From positions 63,364,001-63,428,000 of the forward strand of contig NC_135761.1 of NCBI RefSeq assembly GCF_052425735.1: a DNA stretch of 64,000 nt. The letters run 5' to 3'. Below, piece by piece: positions 1 through 13,800 of the stretch. The notes beneath the pieces were generated by a model that saw only the letters and a program-made list of their open reading frames with translations, was not told the origin of the DNA and ran no database searches. Both the position numbers and the translations under genes were made by a program. Position 1 is the stretch's first letter; each line of letters starts with the position of its first letter. The DNA comes from Oculina patagonica. Taxonomy: Eukaryota.

Positions 1-511
1 GACCAGAATTAGAATTGTGGCGTCAAGGCGTCTAAGGATTCTAAATATATATCAAATCTATGGCTTTGGGCTTTTAAAAAGAAAATTAAACGAACTAACA
101 GTGAATATTTTTTTATGTGAAAGCGGAGAATTAGAATTCCTTTGCGCGCGCCCCTTGCGTGATGATATTGATTTGTTCGGTGGCATGGCAGATAATAACA
201 AACAGAGGCTTTATTATGGATTACTGCTCGGACTTCTTCTACTTCATGTTTCAATTCTGGAAAGTTGAACATGCGCTGCGAAGTTCATGTTAGTATAAAT
301 CGATGCAGCCGAGTTATTGACGGTTTTTGTTTTTCATTGTTAGTTTGTCTTCTTGCTTGTCAAAAACCAACAAACAAGCCCAGGTAACTCAAAATAATAC
401 ACGATTCGAGTATTTAGACATTGCAGTTAGCCGTCATTCAGTGATCCATTTACCCATGGATCGTAAAAGGTCTTTTTACTATATCCATGATATACCCAAC
501 ATGGCTCACAT

Positions 512-525
512 ATCACCATGGTAAC
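512..525. promoter_or_regulatory. RFX X-box-like motif
   Basis: ATCACCATGGTAAC, one mismatch to GTNRCC-AT-RGYAAC. Forkhead-like GCAAACAAAC at 591-600. Lies ~650 bp upstream of the 1170 ORF. Confidence 0.45.
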
Positions 526-1169
526 AGCTTCTTTCAAACCGCGGAACAAGTAGTTCAAGCATGACCGGGGTTATCACGTATCGAGCGCGTGCAAACAAAC
601 ACGCCCGCTTACCCCACATATGGATTATTGCTATATCAACAGAAAACAAGGAATTTGAAGCCTAAGTGATAAGCTTTTTTTTTACAAAAGACGCCGATGG
701 GGTAATACTTGTAAAAATATAAGGTTTCACAAAAAAAGTCGCAAACCAGTCAGTGAGATATTTATGTGTGTTTTGATAGTCACGTTTCGTCTTTATTTTA
801 TCAAAGTTCACTTGGAATAGGACACGAAAAAAAAGAAAAGAATCAATCGACTGTAGCAGCAATTAAACCTTCATGGGCGCTGGAAGCAATTTCCTTTCTA
901 TTTTGAATTATTTAGCTTAACAATACTTGTTAACCGCCTTGTCAGTGATTCGTGCGCACGAGAAGGACCCACAAAGACTGTCTAAGTGAATGTCACAGAC
1001 CTTTTGTCAACACCCGCAGTAATTGTTCATATAATCAAACACCATGTCGTGACCGATGATGCATATAGACTGAAGTCCGATAAGACTTCGTTCAGTTCAC
1101 CTCTGTTTTCACGGAGAACACATTCGATAGTTCGGCGGTGAGCACAAAAGTACTAACTCGTCAATCACG

Positions 1170-1825
1170 ATGAGGACCTTTCGGACGGCGACTCCAATTC
1201 CTGAGCCTTCTCACTATGATGAAGAAGTTTGCCCTGAAATTTTGCCTTCAAGAAGGTTAAGTTTGATTTCGCAGACTCATCTGCCTACATTGCGTGAGGG
1301 TTCGTTAGATTGTAATGTGCTGTCAAGGATAATATCACCCGCCTTTTCACCATCTGAACTAGGAAGAACAGATATAATCGCGCTTGTAGGATCGCCTTCT
1401 CATCCCAGGAGAGGACAGGGATATTTAAGTCAGCTCTAGAGAGAAGAAGAAGATCTCAAGAGAACGGTCATCTTCCAGACTTGAGCAGTAGAGACAAAAC
1501 TAAAGAAAATTTGGGACCTGATACAGTGCAAGCTTCATCTGAATGGGTACAAAGACTTCAACGGCCACAACATTACGAACTAACAAGAGCAGTTTCGCAT
1601 CCAGTCATTTCAAAATCGAGAATTTCTCCTTTGGCCGCTAAATCTTCAAGCTGCTCGAACTCTAAAAGTTTGCCACGACTTGACAGCACTGATCCCTCAA
1701 GAACAATTACTGAAAACAGACATTCGGCTGAGCTGAGGAGGCATGTCCAACAGGAAAATCAGAACTATGATTTATTTTCCACAAAAGCCGTCATCTTAGA
1801 ACGCTTTCTTAACAGTCAGAGTTAA
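1170..1825 (+). CDS. Ser/Arg-rich disordered orphan protein (~218 aa) with one apparent 1-nt frameshift near 1355-1358
   Basis: ORF 1170-1439 overlaps an open frame running 1358-1825. Adding one A in TCTGAACTAGG gives ...SPAFSPSETRKNRYNRACRIAFSSQER...KAVILERFLNSQS*. This is either an assembly error or a young pseudogene. Confidence 0.55.
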
Positions 1826-4800
1826 ATATTTGTTGTATATAACTTTTCTTGTAGCTTTAAATTTCAGATAGTTATAATTTATTTGAGGTAGAAGAAAATT
1901 ATTGATTGCGCCGGTACGCAAACAAACTGAACAAAAGCCAAAAAGACAAACAAACGGGTATATATTTCTTTAAATTTTGTAATGTTTTGTAAACACAGAC
2001 GCAATTTGTTTTTTTTTTTGGGGTTTTTCAAATGACCTTGGTGGTTTTTTGTCTGCTGGCGTTTTGCCTAGCAAGAAAGAGGGTATTGTAAATTAGATTT
2101 TATCGGATGTATTATATCAATATTGATTATAAACGAGTGGAATTAATATAGAAAAAACATTGTACGTGTTCCAATAAAACGTTCAACCATTGAAAATGAG
2201 TTTTCTGTTGACTCATCTCTCCGTTGTGGTTCAGGTCGTGGTTTTCACTACTTATAACTACGTGAACTTGAAGTGCAAATTTTTCACAGTACTTCAGCAA
2301 AAGTGTTGACTGATTGTTCTTAGCAGTTTTTTTGTGCAGTAGAAAGGTTCTTCAATGGAGTCAGAGAGATCGACATTTTCAGTGACTACTACAAGAAGCA
2401 CTTGGTGTTCGATAAAAAAAATATCCAAAGGGATTGTTACTATGTCAGGGGAAAACGAGGAATTTAAGTGTTTTCCTGCTGAACTTATTAGACGCGCGCC
2501 AACTGAAACACACACTTAATGGGGTTTCCCGCAAAGCGCAATACAGTGAACCATTTTCACCGCAGTGGTTTTTTAATTCAGTGATGTGCCGCGTTTTGTG
2601 TCTAAACTTCAAACTGATGGCATTTTTTAAAACTAAAAGGACTCTTTATCAGTGCTCAGATAATATAAAATTTCGTACTTAATTCCTGACATGACAGTTT
2701 GTCCGAAAATTGACATCTAGTTCTTTGGCAAGTGTGATAAAGACGATATTGGACTCTCAAAGTTCAGTTGGGGACTTCAGAAACTCGTCCATTCCTCCAA
2801 CATACAAGAAAATATCTTTTGCGTATTTATTTATTAAAGAAAATATGTTGAACAAGATTAAAGGTGTCGAAATTCGCAGGACATGCACCCTTGCACGTGG
2901 GGTTTTACAATCGAGTACGTGCAGGCCTTGATTTTGAAAAAGGCAAAGGTCATCAAAAAAACAATGTAGCCACAACTTTCCATATCTCTGTTAACAGCTA
3001 TTCACTTTCATTTTATGTTTTCTTAATTAAAGAATTCTTTATAAAATAAACAATAAAGTAGATTCTAAACACAAGCCATCGTCTCGCACATTCCACTGAA
3101 CAAAGTTTTAAAATCTATTGTCAATGTTCCACCTCTGTGAAAGGTTTCAATTGCCCCCCTGGCTAAATCAGCAAAATTTATCTTATCTTATCTTATTCTC
3201 ACTTATATTTATTCTTTTAATTTCTTTTTAACAATGATTGAAATTTCCTGTGTTAAAATGCGTCCGGCAAAGTTTGGCTGGCGAAATTCTGAGGGTTTTC
3301 TTTACGCAATAAAATGAATGGCTGGAAGTTTTTTACTTCCCCCAAAAAAAATCAGTTGAGGGCTTTCAGACTTGACACGTAATTTACTGATAAAATTAAA
3401 ATGGCCAGTTAATCCCAAATCTCATGTAACAGAAGTCCAAACGACTTCCTTCCGATCTTAAGCTCTGAATCACGACCTTGGGCTGTTGGCGCAGGACCTT
3501 TGGTTGAGTCTAATCATAGCAGTTAAGTCTTGCAGACCTCAAAGAAACCAGACATGACTTTAAAAAAATAGACCAACTTGGATGTTTCAACCTTTATTCC
3601 TTAAATATGACCACTAGCAACATTAAAGCTAAGAGAAAACAAGATTAGTTCGCACATGAAAAACACTGTCATCCCGTGCCGTCTAAGTGATAAATAGGAG
3701 TGACGTCATGAAGAGTTGTTAAACAAATGTAAATATAGTAGAATCCTGATTCTTTGAACCCTTGTTTTCTCGAAACACCCGATTCCTGAAATTTTCGTGT
3801 TTTCTTGGATAAAACTTTCCTGTAATTTTACCCGCGATTTCTCGAGCCTCCCGATTTTTCGAAGCAATTTTCCTGTTTCCTCTGGAGGTTCGAGGAAAAT
3901 CTGTTCAGTTCAAGTCAGGTTGTTATGACTGGCACCGACGACGAAAAGCTTTAATAAATAGCCGTAAGGTAGCGGCAGTCGATAATTCAGCCTCGAAAGC
4001 ACTTTTTTGCGTGCAGGCTCTCACATAAAATCGAGACATTTCGTGACTTCTGTTTGTGGCAATTTTCTTTTTACAAAAAAAAACTTTAACCCCGTTACGT
4101 TTCAGTTGAAGAGCCCGCGAGTTGAGTTGTGATTGAAAAATTTGGAAGCTTTCATTCTGCCAGACAACTCATGATCTCTGCTCTTATGCTTTTTTCGCTT
4201 GAGCAAGACCAGAACTAAAAGCATCGTTATAATGTTTTTATCATGCTTTTAACAGAAATTGGATTCTCAGTTTTCTTTCATTGTTGAAGTGTTCCTTTTA
4301 AAGTGCTATTGAGCCATTCAGAAATATAAATACATATATTTAACTGAAAAAAGGTCTTATCTATGATACACCAAAAATCGGGAGACCATAAATTGGCGTA
4401 AATGAAATGTTTGTCTAGTTCGCTGAATCAGGGAGTAAAACCACACGTCCGCCACATAAGATTAAATTAAAAGCACAAACGCAAAGTAAACGGTGCGTTA
4501 TATCTGTTGAGTCATAGTTTATTTACTTGTGTAATCATGATAGCGTGATTAGTCGATTCTCGATTTAATTAACTAACTTGATTGTTTAGGCGTGTGTGCA
4601 TTTCACAATAAAGTCTTTTAATTATCGCCTTATTGCGTAACAGACGCCATGTTCTTGAGAGCGTGTAATAAATTCAATTTTCACGTGATTAGCACCGCAG
4701 CCATCTTGGTTTCAGTTGGGTGGCTCCTTCCCACTCGAATAGTGTTGATTTTATCATGTGCTTCACGTCAACATCATTCTGTTCCTCCACGCTTTCATAG

Positions 4801-7800
4801 AAGACTTTTCTTATATACAGTGGAAATACCAATTGAGTGTCACTCGCTCAGGTGGTAGCAGTAGACCCTGATTTGAAAACAGTATACAATGGCTAAAACT
4901 ACGTACCTCGTGCATGACCGTGACTCGTGTTTTATAAATTGGTAACTGATAATTGACCTTCATTATATATAAATAGATTGAAGTTCTACAGCAAAGATCT
5001 TTTATTATTTCACTCTATCTCCACGTTTACAGAGAGCATCAAAGCTATTAATTACCCATTTAATTCATGGAAAAATTCCTTGTCAAACAACGGCTTTGTC
5101 GCTGTCTGTAAAAAAATTATCTTATCCAGGCATGAAAAAAATTAACAATTCTGATCTAAAAATGTTTAACACTACAATCAGCCAACAGCTTTTCAAAACC
5201 AGGAGATATATGATCAGGATACAGGAAAATCCATCTGGAGTGCATGGCAATTCCAGTCCCAGGTCATCTTAATGGTCGCGCTCGTACTAGCCTTAGACTG
5301 TCGGTCAGTTCAGTCTTCAGACGGTCTTCAACAAACATATTCGAAATTTGTTCTCTTTTTCTCTGAGAGCAGTAATTTTTTTTTAAATTGTAGAAAAGAA
5401 AACTCCACAAAAAAAAAACAGCGTGCCACTATGTATTCTTCAAATTCTTCTCAATAAAAAATGTACCATTTGTATTTCATGTCATACCAGACGTTTCGCC
5501 GGCGAGTTTGTGCACGGGGCCGGGTATGGTTTACCAATACACATAGGTATTACTTACAATATCCTGTCTTAGTCGAGATTTTTTGAAAGACGTCAAGAGA
5601 GACTAAACCGTTGCATTAACTGGGACAGAACAAGGCAAAGGCCTGCGGAGCAAGCACAACTCACGAATTTTAAGAGTGATGGTAATCTTAATTACTTTTT
5701 TTGTATTTTCAAAGGGTGTTTCACCTTAAGATTTTTCGTGATCCTCACAAAAGTGCTGGCCAAATAATTTTGGGTTTCTTTTTCATTGTAAAGAATTGAA
5801 TCTCTTACACGCTCTAGGAAACAGTTTTCCGTTGTTAAAAAAAATGAAAAAATTAAAGGAAAAAACACCAGGCATCATGACATGGCAATTCTTGTACGTG
5901 GACCGGGAGATGTAAATTAAAGCTGAACACTTTTCGCAGTGACTTCAAGCATTACCTTTTTTGCTCAACCAAATAATCATAAACTGTTCCTGTGATTTAT
6001 AGCAGCTTATTGTGTGGATACAGAATTTTAATAATCTCAAGTATTTTCAAAACTCACGTGTCCTGATTGAAAAGCTTCAAAAGTGTATTCGTGACCAGGT
6101 TTAAAACCGACCGGAAATGTTTTTGCCCATGCAACGTAGTTCATTAACATTCGTCTGGTTAGAAACATGATGCAGTCCTCGTTTTAGCCCTTTGTTAGTT
6201 TAAATGTGCCATAGACGAACACTTGTTGGTTCTTGGCATTGTGTGATCATTTTCTATCTCGAGTACTTTAAGTACACATTTCCGTCAACGTCAATTTCTT
6301 AAAGACGCTGTTAAAAGATCCCTTTCTGACTGACTGGTCAGGAATTTACTAAACGATCAAAGAACAGCACGTACCACAAGGCTAGAAGGCAAGGACGAGG
6401 ATACAGAAAAAAAGGTAAACGAGTAAAATATTTAGTGCTCGATGAAAAAAAAGATGCCAATATTATATTGTTATTTGTTTTGCTTGAGATTTTGTAGCAT
6501 CAAACGTAATGTCCTCCATAGTTGGTAATCATTGGCCCACTGTATTAGTTTTAGAATCTAAGCTAATTCAATCCAATTGGCTCTGAAAAACTATTTTAAA
6601 ATGTTTTGTTTCCAACAAAATTATTGAGTTATACTGTTAGACATAGGGCATAATTAACTGAGTTCTACGGTTGACATTCGCCAAAAAAGTACTTGCTTCT
6701 CTTTCACTTTTGTTATCTAAGTTTGCCATTGGAAGACGTACGGTTTCGTTCTCTTCTCCTTTACTGTCAGTTCCAGTAAGCTGAAAGGACCCGAGCCAAA
6801 CAACATTAACATTTTCAAGAGATCAATCAACAAGGTTTTTTATTTTGGATACTTCAGTTCAGTTGAGAATTTTGTTACATTTTCTTTTGACGATTTTTAA
6901 GTGGAATTCCTTAGAGCATTTACATTCCCCTGAGTACTTATCAACCTGTGGAGATGTTCAGCTATCTCTTCCAGTGCAGATAAAGTGTCAGTTCTGAATG
7001 TTGATTTAGATGGTCTTGAGTAATCAAAGAAAATGTCTAATCTTTCATGGTTATCTATATTCATAATACACTTAATCAAAAGGAGACACTCATGCACATG
7101 AATCATGAATTTACAATCTGTAAAGCACGTAGCGAATGAATGAAACAACGAAAAGTAAAAGAATTTTTTTTGGACTTCTGCATTGCAAACTGGTTATGAA
7201 AGCCATCCAAAATACTAGATACCAACCTGACTCGAATGCCTTCAACATCCTTAAATTAACTGAATTCATTCCATAAGATACTTGATCAGGCTAAAAGTCC
7301 TTACATAGCATTGTCATCCATCACGGATAAATTCATTTGGTATTCTAATAAACTTAAACGTAAGCGTTTCATTCAACACCACAGACTGAAGCTCTTTGTT
7401 CAACGTTTCCTCTGGTTCTAGTTGCTCTTTCGTCACCATTTTATCTGTATTGTATCCGGTGTGAAGTGTGCAAGTGTGGGCACGACTTTGAAAATCAAGC
7501 TGGATTCTAGTAAATTAACTAAGCCCGGGTTTCTGACCACTTAAGACAGACAGAATACTGAAATGTTTGTGTAGTAGATTTCACATTGCTCAACCTTGTG
7601 CTTCACATTTGTTTTCCTTGTTTAATATTTTACGTATTAAATCTAAGCATTGTTTTTTATTGTTTAAAAAGTCTCAAATACTTTTCAGTATGTAAGGCAT
7701 TTTGAACTGACACCCTTGAGAGCATTGCAAATGCATCATTCGCTGTGGCACTAGTGGTAGCCCGAAAATATATTCTCTTTCATTAAAACAAGGCCTTCAT

Positions 7801-10800
7801 ATTTTGGTAGAGTGGAGAGGCACCCAGCTGTTGAATGTTCACAATAAACCGGAATCACTGAACTTCAGTCGTATGTATCGCCGTCAAAGACTAAACTAAC
7901 TGCATCGGTCAGGTAAATGTCACTCCTAGTATTCACAAGGACGTAACCTTCAGTTTTATGGTTTAGATGCTTTTTCCCCAGGACTGTAATTACTTAGTTT
8001 ATCATGTAAAGACTTTGAAGAATCGATTGGAACCTACAAACACTGAGCAGGGCCCTAACTGCGGTAAAAAGCTCTTTATTTAAGCCCTACGGTTTGTGAG
8101 GAACAGGGCAACGGTAATTGTTTGGAGCAGCCTCTTTTCAAATCATAATTCAAAACATTGAAATCCTACACAAATTTACACATTTCTACAAACATGCATT
8201 CACAGATTTACAGTATACCTATATACCGTAACTCTAATAACAATGGCCGAATTAAGTTATCTAAATAGCTTTAGATTTATAGACGTGCAACAGGACACGT
8301 TTTGGCTTAGAGTGATTAATGCCCTTTACAACATTTGCTTTGTTCTGTTTGTTATATAATATTTTTAAGAACAAAGAGTCTCGTGGTTCAATCGGATACA
8401 GCTGGGCTGGCTTATAAACCCCAAACTTAAAACACTACAATGTCAGTAATGCCTTATGATATTTACCTGTGAAGACAATGGTAATACATGACTAGAAAAT
8501 GTTAAAGAGATAAAAACATATTACCTTTAAACCCAACTAAATAGTATTTTTCTTAGATAGGATTTAATAATAAAATCCTTTGTTACAGCCCCCCTGGGCA
8601 GCGTTTTTCTTTTATGGAGTCCGCATAAATCCTGCCATTTACGCTGAATCAAGAAAAAAAAAGACGGGTGACGAGTGTGCTAAAACTTTGTCGTCCATAT
8701 TGTCAGTCAGTAGACGAAGCTTGGGTGGGCTGTGGACTGTTCAACAAAAACAGTAGCCAGATGCAAGCGGCTGAGAAACATTTAAGGCTAGTTAGCCTTT
8801 TTTATTTCTAAAAGTTTTAATGTAAAAAGAAATATTAAATGTTGCATACTAAATTGCAAATACAGCGACAGTTCAGTAAGAAAACTGTCGCTACAGGGGC
8901 ATTCATTCAATCTTCATAGACCGCTTGATTCAAAGATTTTTAATTCAAAGGAATCAATGGAATTCAATTACAAAGTATTAAAAAATTCTCAAGTAAGTGA
9001 CTATTTCAATAGATTTTAGATATAGCTGGCCATTAGAACAGCCTTGATATTTTTTATTTTTCTGTCGTTTTCTTTTTTCCGTTTTAAAAGGGTCCTTCAA
9101 AATTCATAGATCCGGAAAGCCTCTCGCCAAGTAAAAGCTGATTGAACTAACGTTTTCCGTGTTGCCGGTTTGAATCACGTTTTACGAAGATTAAACAAAA
9201 AATCTTGCTGTCCATAATTTGGGATTAAAATCTACATTAAAAGCATTTTATTATTTTAAAAGGATTAACGGATATTATCCTATGAACATTAAAATACAAG
9301 TTATAAAAGGAATGAAAAAAATTCCAGAAAGAAGGACAATTCACTTCCGATATTGTTTTAAAAAACTAAATCAAACAATGTTTGGCGACCTTGACGAAAT
9401 ATAAATACATTGTTCCAAAAGACGACAAGTTCAAGGTTAAAAAGACTGAAATCAAAAAGCAATTCATTGCCAAAGTAATCAAACAAAATGCTAAATATCC
9501 TAGCAACCGATGTTGGTGAATGACACGCGACCCAACAAAAAAATCTTTCTTCCATAGAGGCACGTTTGCCTAAGAGCTTTTTAAAACTGCGTCATTTAGA
9601 CTTAACTTTGTAAAATTTAAGAGCCCTGTCATTTACCAATGTAATTTCCGCGCATTTTTAAGTTGTTATTCAGTGTTCTGCCGATTTTTTCGTGTTATAC
9701 TGTTTTAAGCTATAGGCCTGTACGTGAAGGCGTTTATGATACCGGCGGTCACATCAAACGCCTTCTAGACGTGATATAATCCGAAAAGGTAAACGTTATA
9801 GCTGATCAATTTTTAATTGTCTCTTTTTTTATTTAGCTCAATTGTCACATCAATGCTTGTCAAAATATCCAATTGAATTCTCTGGCCTGTGACAAGAAAA
9901 AAAAACAAGCCTATGATCACGTTCACAACCTTAGCAGAATAAATTTTATCATTTAGTTCCAGATGATTCCTTTGTCTCGTCGTCTGTCTTTGTTTATTTA
10001 CTTTTTCACAGGAGTGTTACATCAATTTTTCGTGATTGGCAAACCCTAGTAAAAAAATTAAAAACCAAAAACCTTTAAAGACGTGAGCTGCGATAAAGGC
10101 ATGATCCGCTCTTAAGAAGTTAAGTGGCCATTACTTCGGTATCTCACAGAGTGTCGGCACAATAAGCTTTTTAAAATGATCTTGCTCAGTTATAACCCTA
10201 AGTGGCAGTGTAGAAAGTGTTGAAAGTGCAAGTCACTTATGGCATCGCAATCAGATGAAATTTCAGATAAGGAAAATGGAAATAATTCAGACATTGACCC
10301 CATTGAGGTTGACATAGACTCTACAGCAAGCAACTTTTCAAAATTTTGGTGGCAACTTTTTGATATTTGAGCAACTTTCGAGCAACTTTTGGGCATATTG
10401 TGAAGCAACTTTTCCTGAATTTACTAGCACAATCTATTCATGCCTAACTGGTATCATAAAAGCCAAAAATCGTCATCTTGTTGGAGCTATGCAGAATTAT
10501 AATTATCGTCCCTGCCCGCTTAATTGTTTTTTTTTTTTCTTGGGGGGGGGGGGGGGGGCGATTCTTTGTTATTGGAAAAGTTGGAATGAACAAGAAACAA
10601 CATGCGTTACTCCTCAATTAAGTACAAAGACGACATGGCTTTTGTCTGCGTTTTAATACGAAATCAGGTCAAAATTTTAAAGCATCAGCAAACTAGGTCC
10701 GTACTGGAGAGGTCAGGATATATTTTGCAAGTTCGCTTCTGGAGAATTTGATGATGGAGGAAATAACAAATAATAAAATAACAAAAAATTTTTTTTTTTA

Positions 10801-13800
10801 GAAATCCGGACGAGAAACATTTTTTTTCTTTTACTTGGCCTTAGAGCGTCTTTCTGGCTCGTGCTTAATATCAACGAAAAAAACTCGCCTGTTAGCCTGG
10901 GGGAAGTACTAATATTTACAAAACGTGTCTTTCAGAAAGTAAAAAAATCGGATTGTTTTCTAACAATATTTAACTCGCGTGTGTTGTACTTCCTTGATGA
11001 GGAATATTAAAGGAAGGAATCGAATTTCATACTTCTGTCATAACAACAGGAAGTTGTACCTGGTAACAAAATTTTCTTGTGTTGGCAAACCCACAGTAGT
11101 TACAACGGTCTCTCACAAGTTGTACTTATTACTGATATATTTGACTGCAAATTCCTGGCGGTTTGAGATTCAGCAAATTTTACTCTGGGACGGATCAGTT
11201 TTTCCCTGTCAGCTTTAGCGTTTATTGGCAAAAATACCGACCTCTTTGTCGACGATCACAGTACGTAAATAGTGGGCGTGATTGTTTTCTTCGAAAAACT
11301 AGAGACTATTCTGCGCACAGACAGGTATGATTGACCCTGAATATCATGCAATTAATTTAGTGTTAGTTTCTATTCCATGAGCCCATGGATATGGTCTAGA
11401 AAAATGTCAAAAGTCTAGAAATATATGTAAGTACAGTCTAGAAAAATGTCAAAAGCAAAATCCACTGTCACAATCAGGCCCGAACAAAATTTCGCGTATT
11501 CCTGTCGAAAAAATTCACCACTGATCTGAATTTAGTAAATTGGTATTCATATATTGTGGCGTCATCTTTGCGCTTGTCACGCGTTCGTGGGAAAGGCGAG
11601 ATCACGTGACGAGCGCAAAAGAGCGTAGGACGCTCGGGGTGGGGGACCGTGGGGGACAAGAGGACTAGAGCCCGGGGAGAAAGGCGGCAGGAAAAGGGAA
11701 AAGGGAGGGCTAGAGGGGGGTTGTAAGGTGGGGAAACAGGAAAAATTTTTTTGAAAAATATAAAAGGGGGGGGGGGAGGGGGGGGGGGGGGAGGGGGGGG
11801 GCCCCCCCCCCCCCCCCCTTTAAAAAAAAGGTCTTCCAGGCCAAGTTTGAAATAAAAGCCGGGAGGAAATACCGTAGATACTGTGGCTAATTACAAGGTC
11901 ACAATCATCTATGTTTAGTATGATTTCCGGGAAGCATTAAACGGAAATCTTTCTGGTCTAAATCACAGGGCAACCATACAACTCACCCTTGGGGGGAGGG
12001 CTTGTACAGCATTTGGCCCAGTAGCTATACTTAGAGTCGGGTCAGATTGGATAAATCCCAATTATTCTGACCGGTACTTTAAGTAGGCAATAAATTCTAA
12101 AATCTAAGATCCAAGACTAAGATGACACAGAAACCTTCCATGACGTCAGTCTTCTCATATTCCCGGCTCAACCCAGGCCCCTGGTGACCGCAGTGATTTC
12201 CCTGCACTGATATAATGTCTGGGCTTATCCGTATGTAAGTTCCCTGTTCTCACAAACTCATTTAATTTTCCATCAAAGATTGCGGGCCAAGCATAAAGCC
12301 ACAGAAACCGGCTGCGAGCCAAGAACACGGATAGGATCTCGTGCAAGGTAATATTTAGCAGTGTTAGCAAATTTCAAAATTTGTAACAATATGTTCGATC
12401 TGTTATAACGGCTGATCCAAACCGTTGTATTCATGAACTTTTGTCTCAACTGAATAATATAGCCGGCTGCCGGCTAATTAATATTACTTCTCTCTACTTG
12501 TTCGTTGCCTTACAATAATAGCCACTGGGTGACTGTCGCTTTTTAGTGTAAGGCTAGATATTTTCACACCGAATAAGACAATTTTCATTTGCTTTTATAG
12601 CTTGATTTGTTTCGTGCTTGCCTTAGCGCACTTCATTATTATCGGTTGACGATCTGCAAGGATAATACGCTGGTCATTGCTGAAAGGAAACCACCAGCAG
12701 TATGTATTAAAGCGCGCAGCTAATTTAGTGGGCTGGGCGCTAGAAGGCGAGGAACCATGTTTTCAGAAACATTCGTAGCGTGTGCATGTTTCCCAGTTTT
12801 GCCACACAGGAAGCATTCCATTGTTTTCAGCGTTATTTCTTTATCACCAAGAAGAAAAATTTCTTTCTGTTACACAGCAAAAACAATCCGTGTTTCCGCA
12901 CGGCATGAAACCATGGCAAAATGAGGAAACAATTATGGAAACATGTTTCCTCGTTTTGCCGGGCGCGGTTATATTTTCAACTTTGCGCTTAAAGTATAAA
13001 CGCTCATTTCACGTTGAAACTTCTTGTCGAATACAGTTCAGTTGAGAATTTTTTCGTTTTAAATCTGACTCGACTGTTGCTATTTTTAAACGAATAGTGA
13101 GTATATTAAAAATCGCTCACTTCGTCTACTGTTTCGGCTACTGTATCGATGAATGTGGAGAGTGTCTGGGCTGCTTTAGTAAGGTCCACCAAAGCAACGC
13201 CAAGAAAATCAATTTACTCCAGCCGGCCTGAACAAAACTTTAGGAGCTGAGCAGAATTTTAACATATCATGACCTTGCAATTCCTTTGTCAAACGCCGGT
13301 TCCCTTTTCAGGGGATCATTTCCGACTGGTTCATTTTTCGGGTCAACTCACCCAACTAATTTGGGTTAGATTTGCAGTTGTAAAGTTATGTAAAGCTATA
13401 AAATACAAGTTCATACCTACAAACGTAATAACAATTCTATTTTGATAAGTTTGTTAAAGAAAGTATTGACAACGAACTTTTCATATCCAGGTATTTAAAA
13501 TAGCCTGCGTGATTTCCAGGTGGACAGTATATTGCGCCGGTGTCGTTTTAAATAGCTTAGGTACTTGAAATTTGCTTTCTCTGGCATTGGTTTGTTATTT
13601 TACATAATTTTGAACATTGTTCCATCACAGTTTTGTTTATTTTTATAATTTAAGCCTCGCACTTTCCAGCGTTTTGACATTATTGTTTAAAATATTGATG
13701 CTGTTCATGCATAAGAAGGGCGTGAAACCGACACTCAAGCCATTTCTTGACAGCACAAAAATTCCGCAAAGAGCAATGAAAAATATGCCTTACAGTAATT

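Noticed and set aside
17-268. Short ORF with a hydrophobic end
   Set aside because: Too short, no supporting splice structure or domain.
6850-7440. Coding-like minus-strand stretch (similar stretches at ~17880-18300 and ~24780-25130)
   Set aside because: Multiple stops and no motif I can assign; possibly decayed TE sequence.
11640-11830. G/C homopolymer block (possible G-quadruplex or hairpin)
   Set aside because: Looks like low-quality sequence at a read or contig join.
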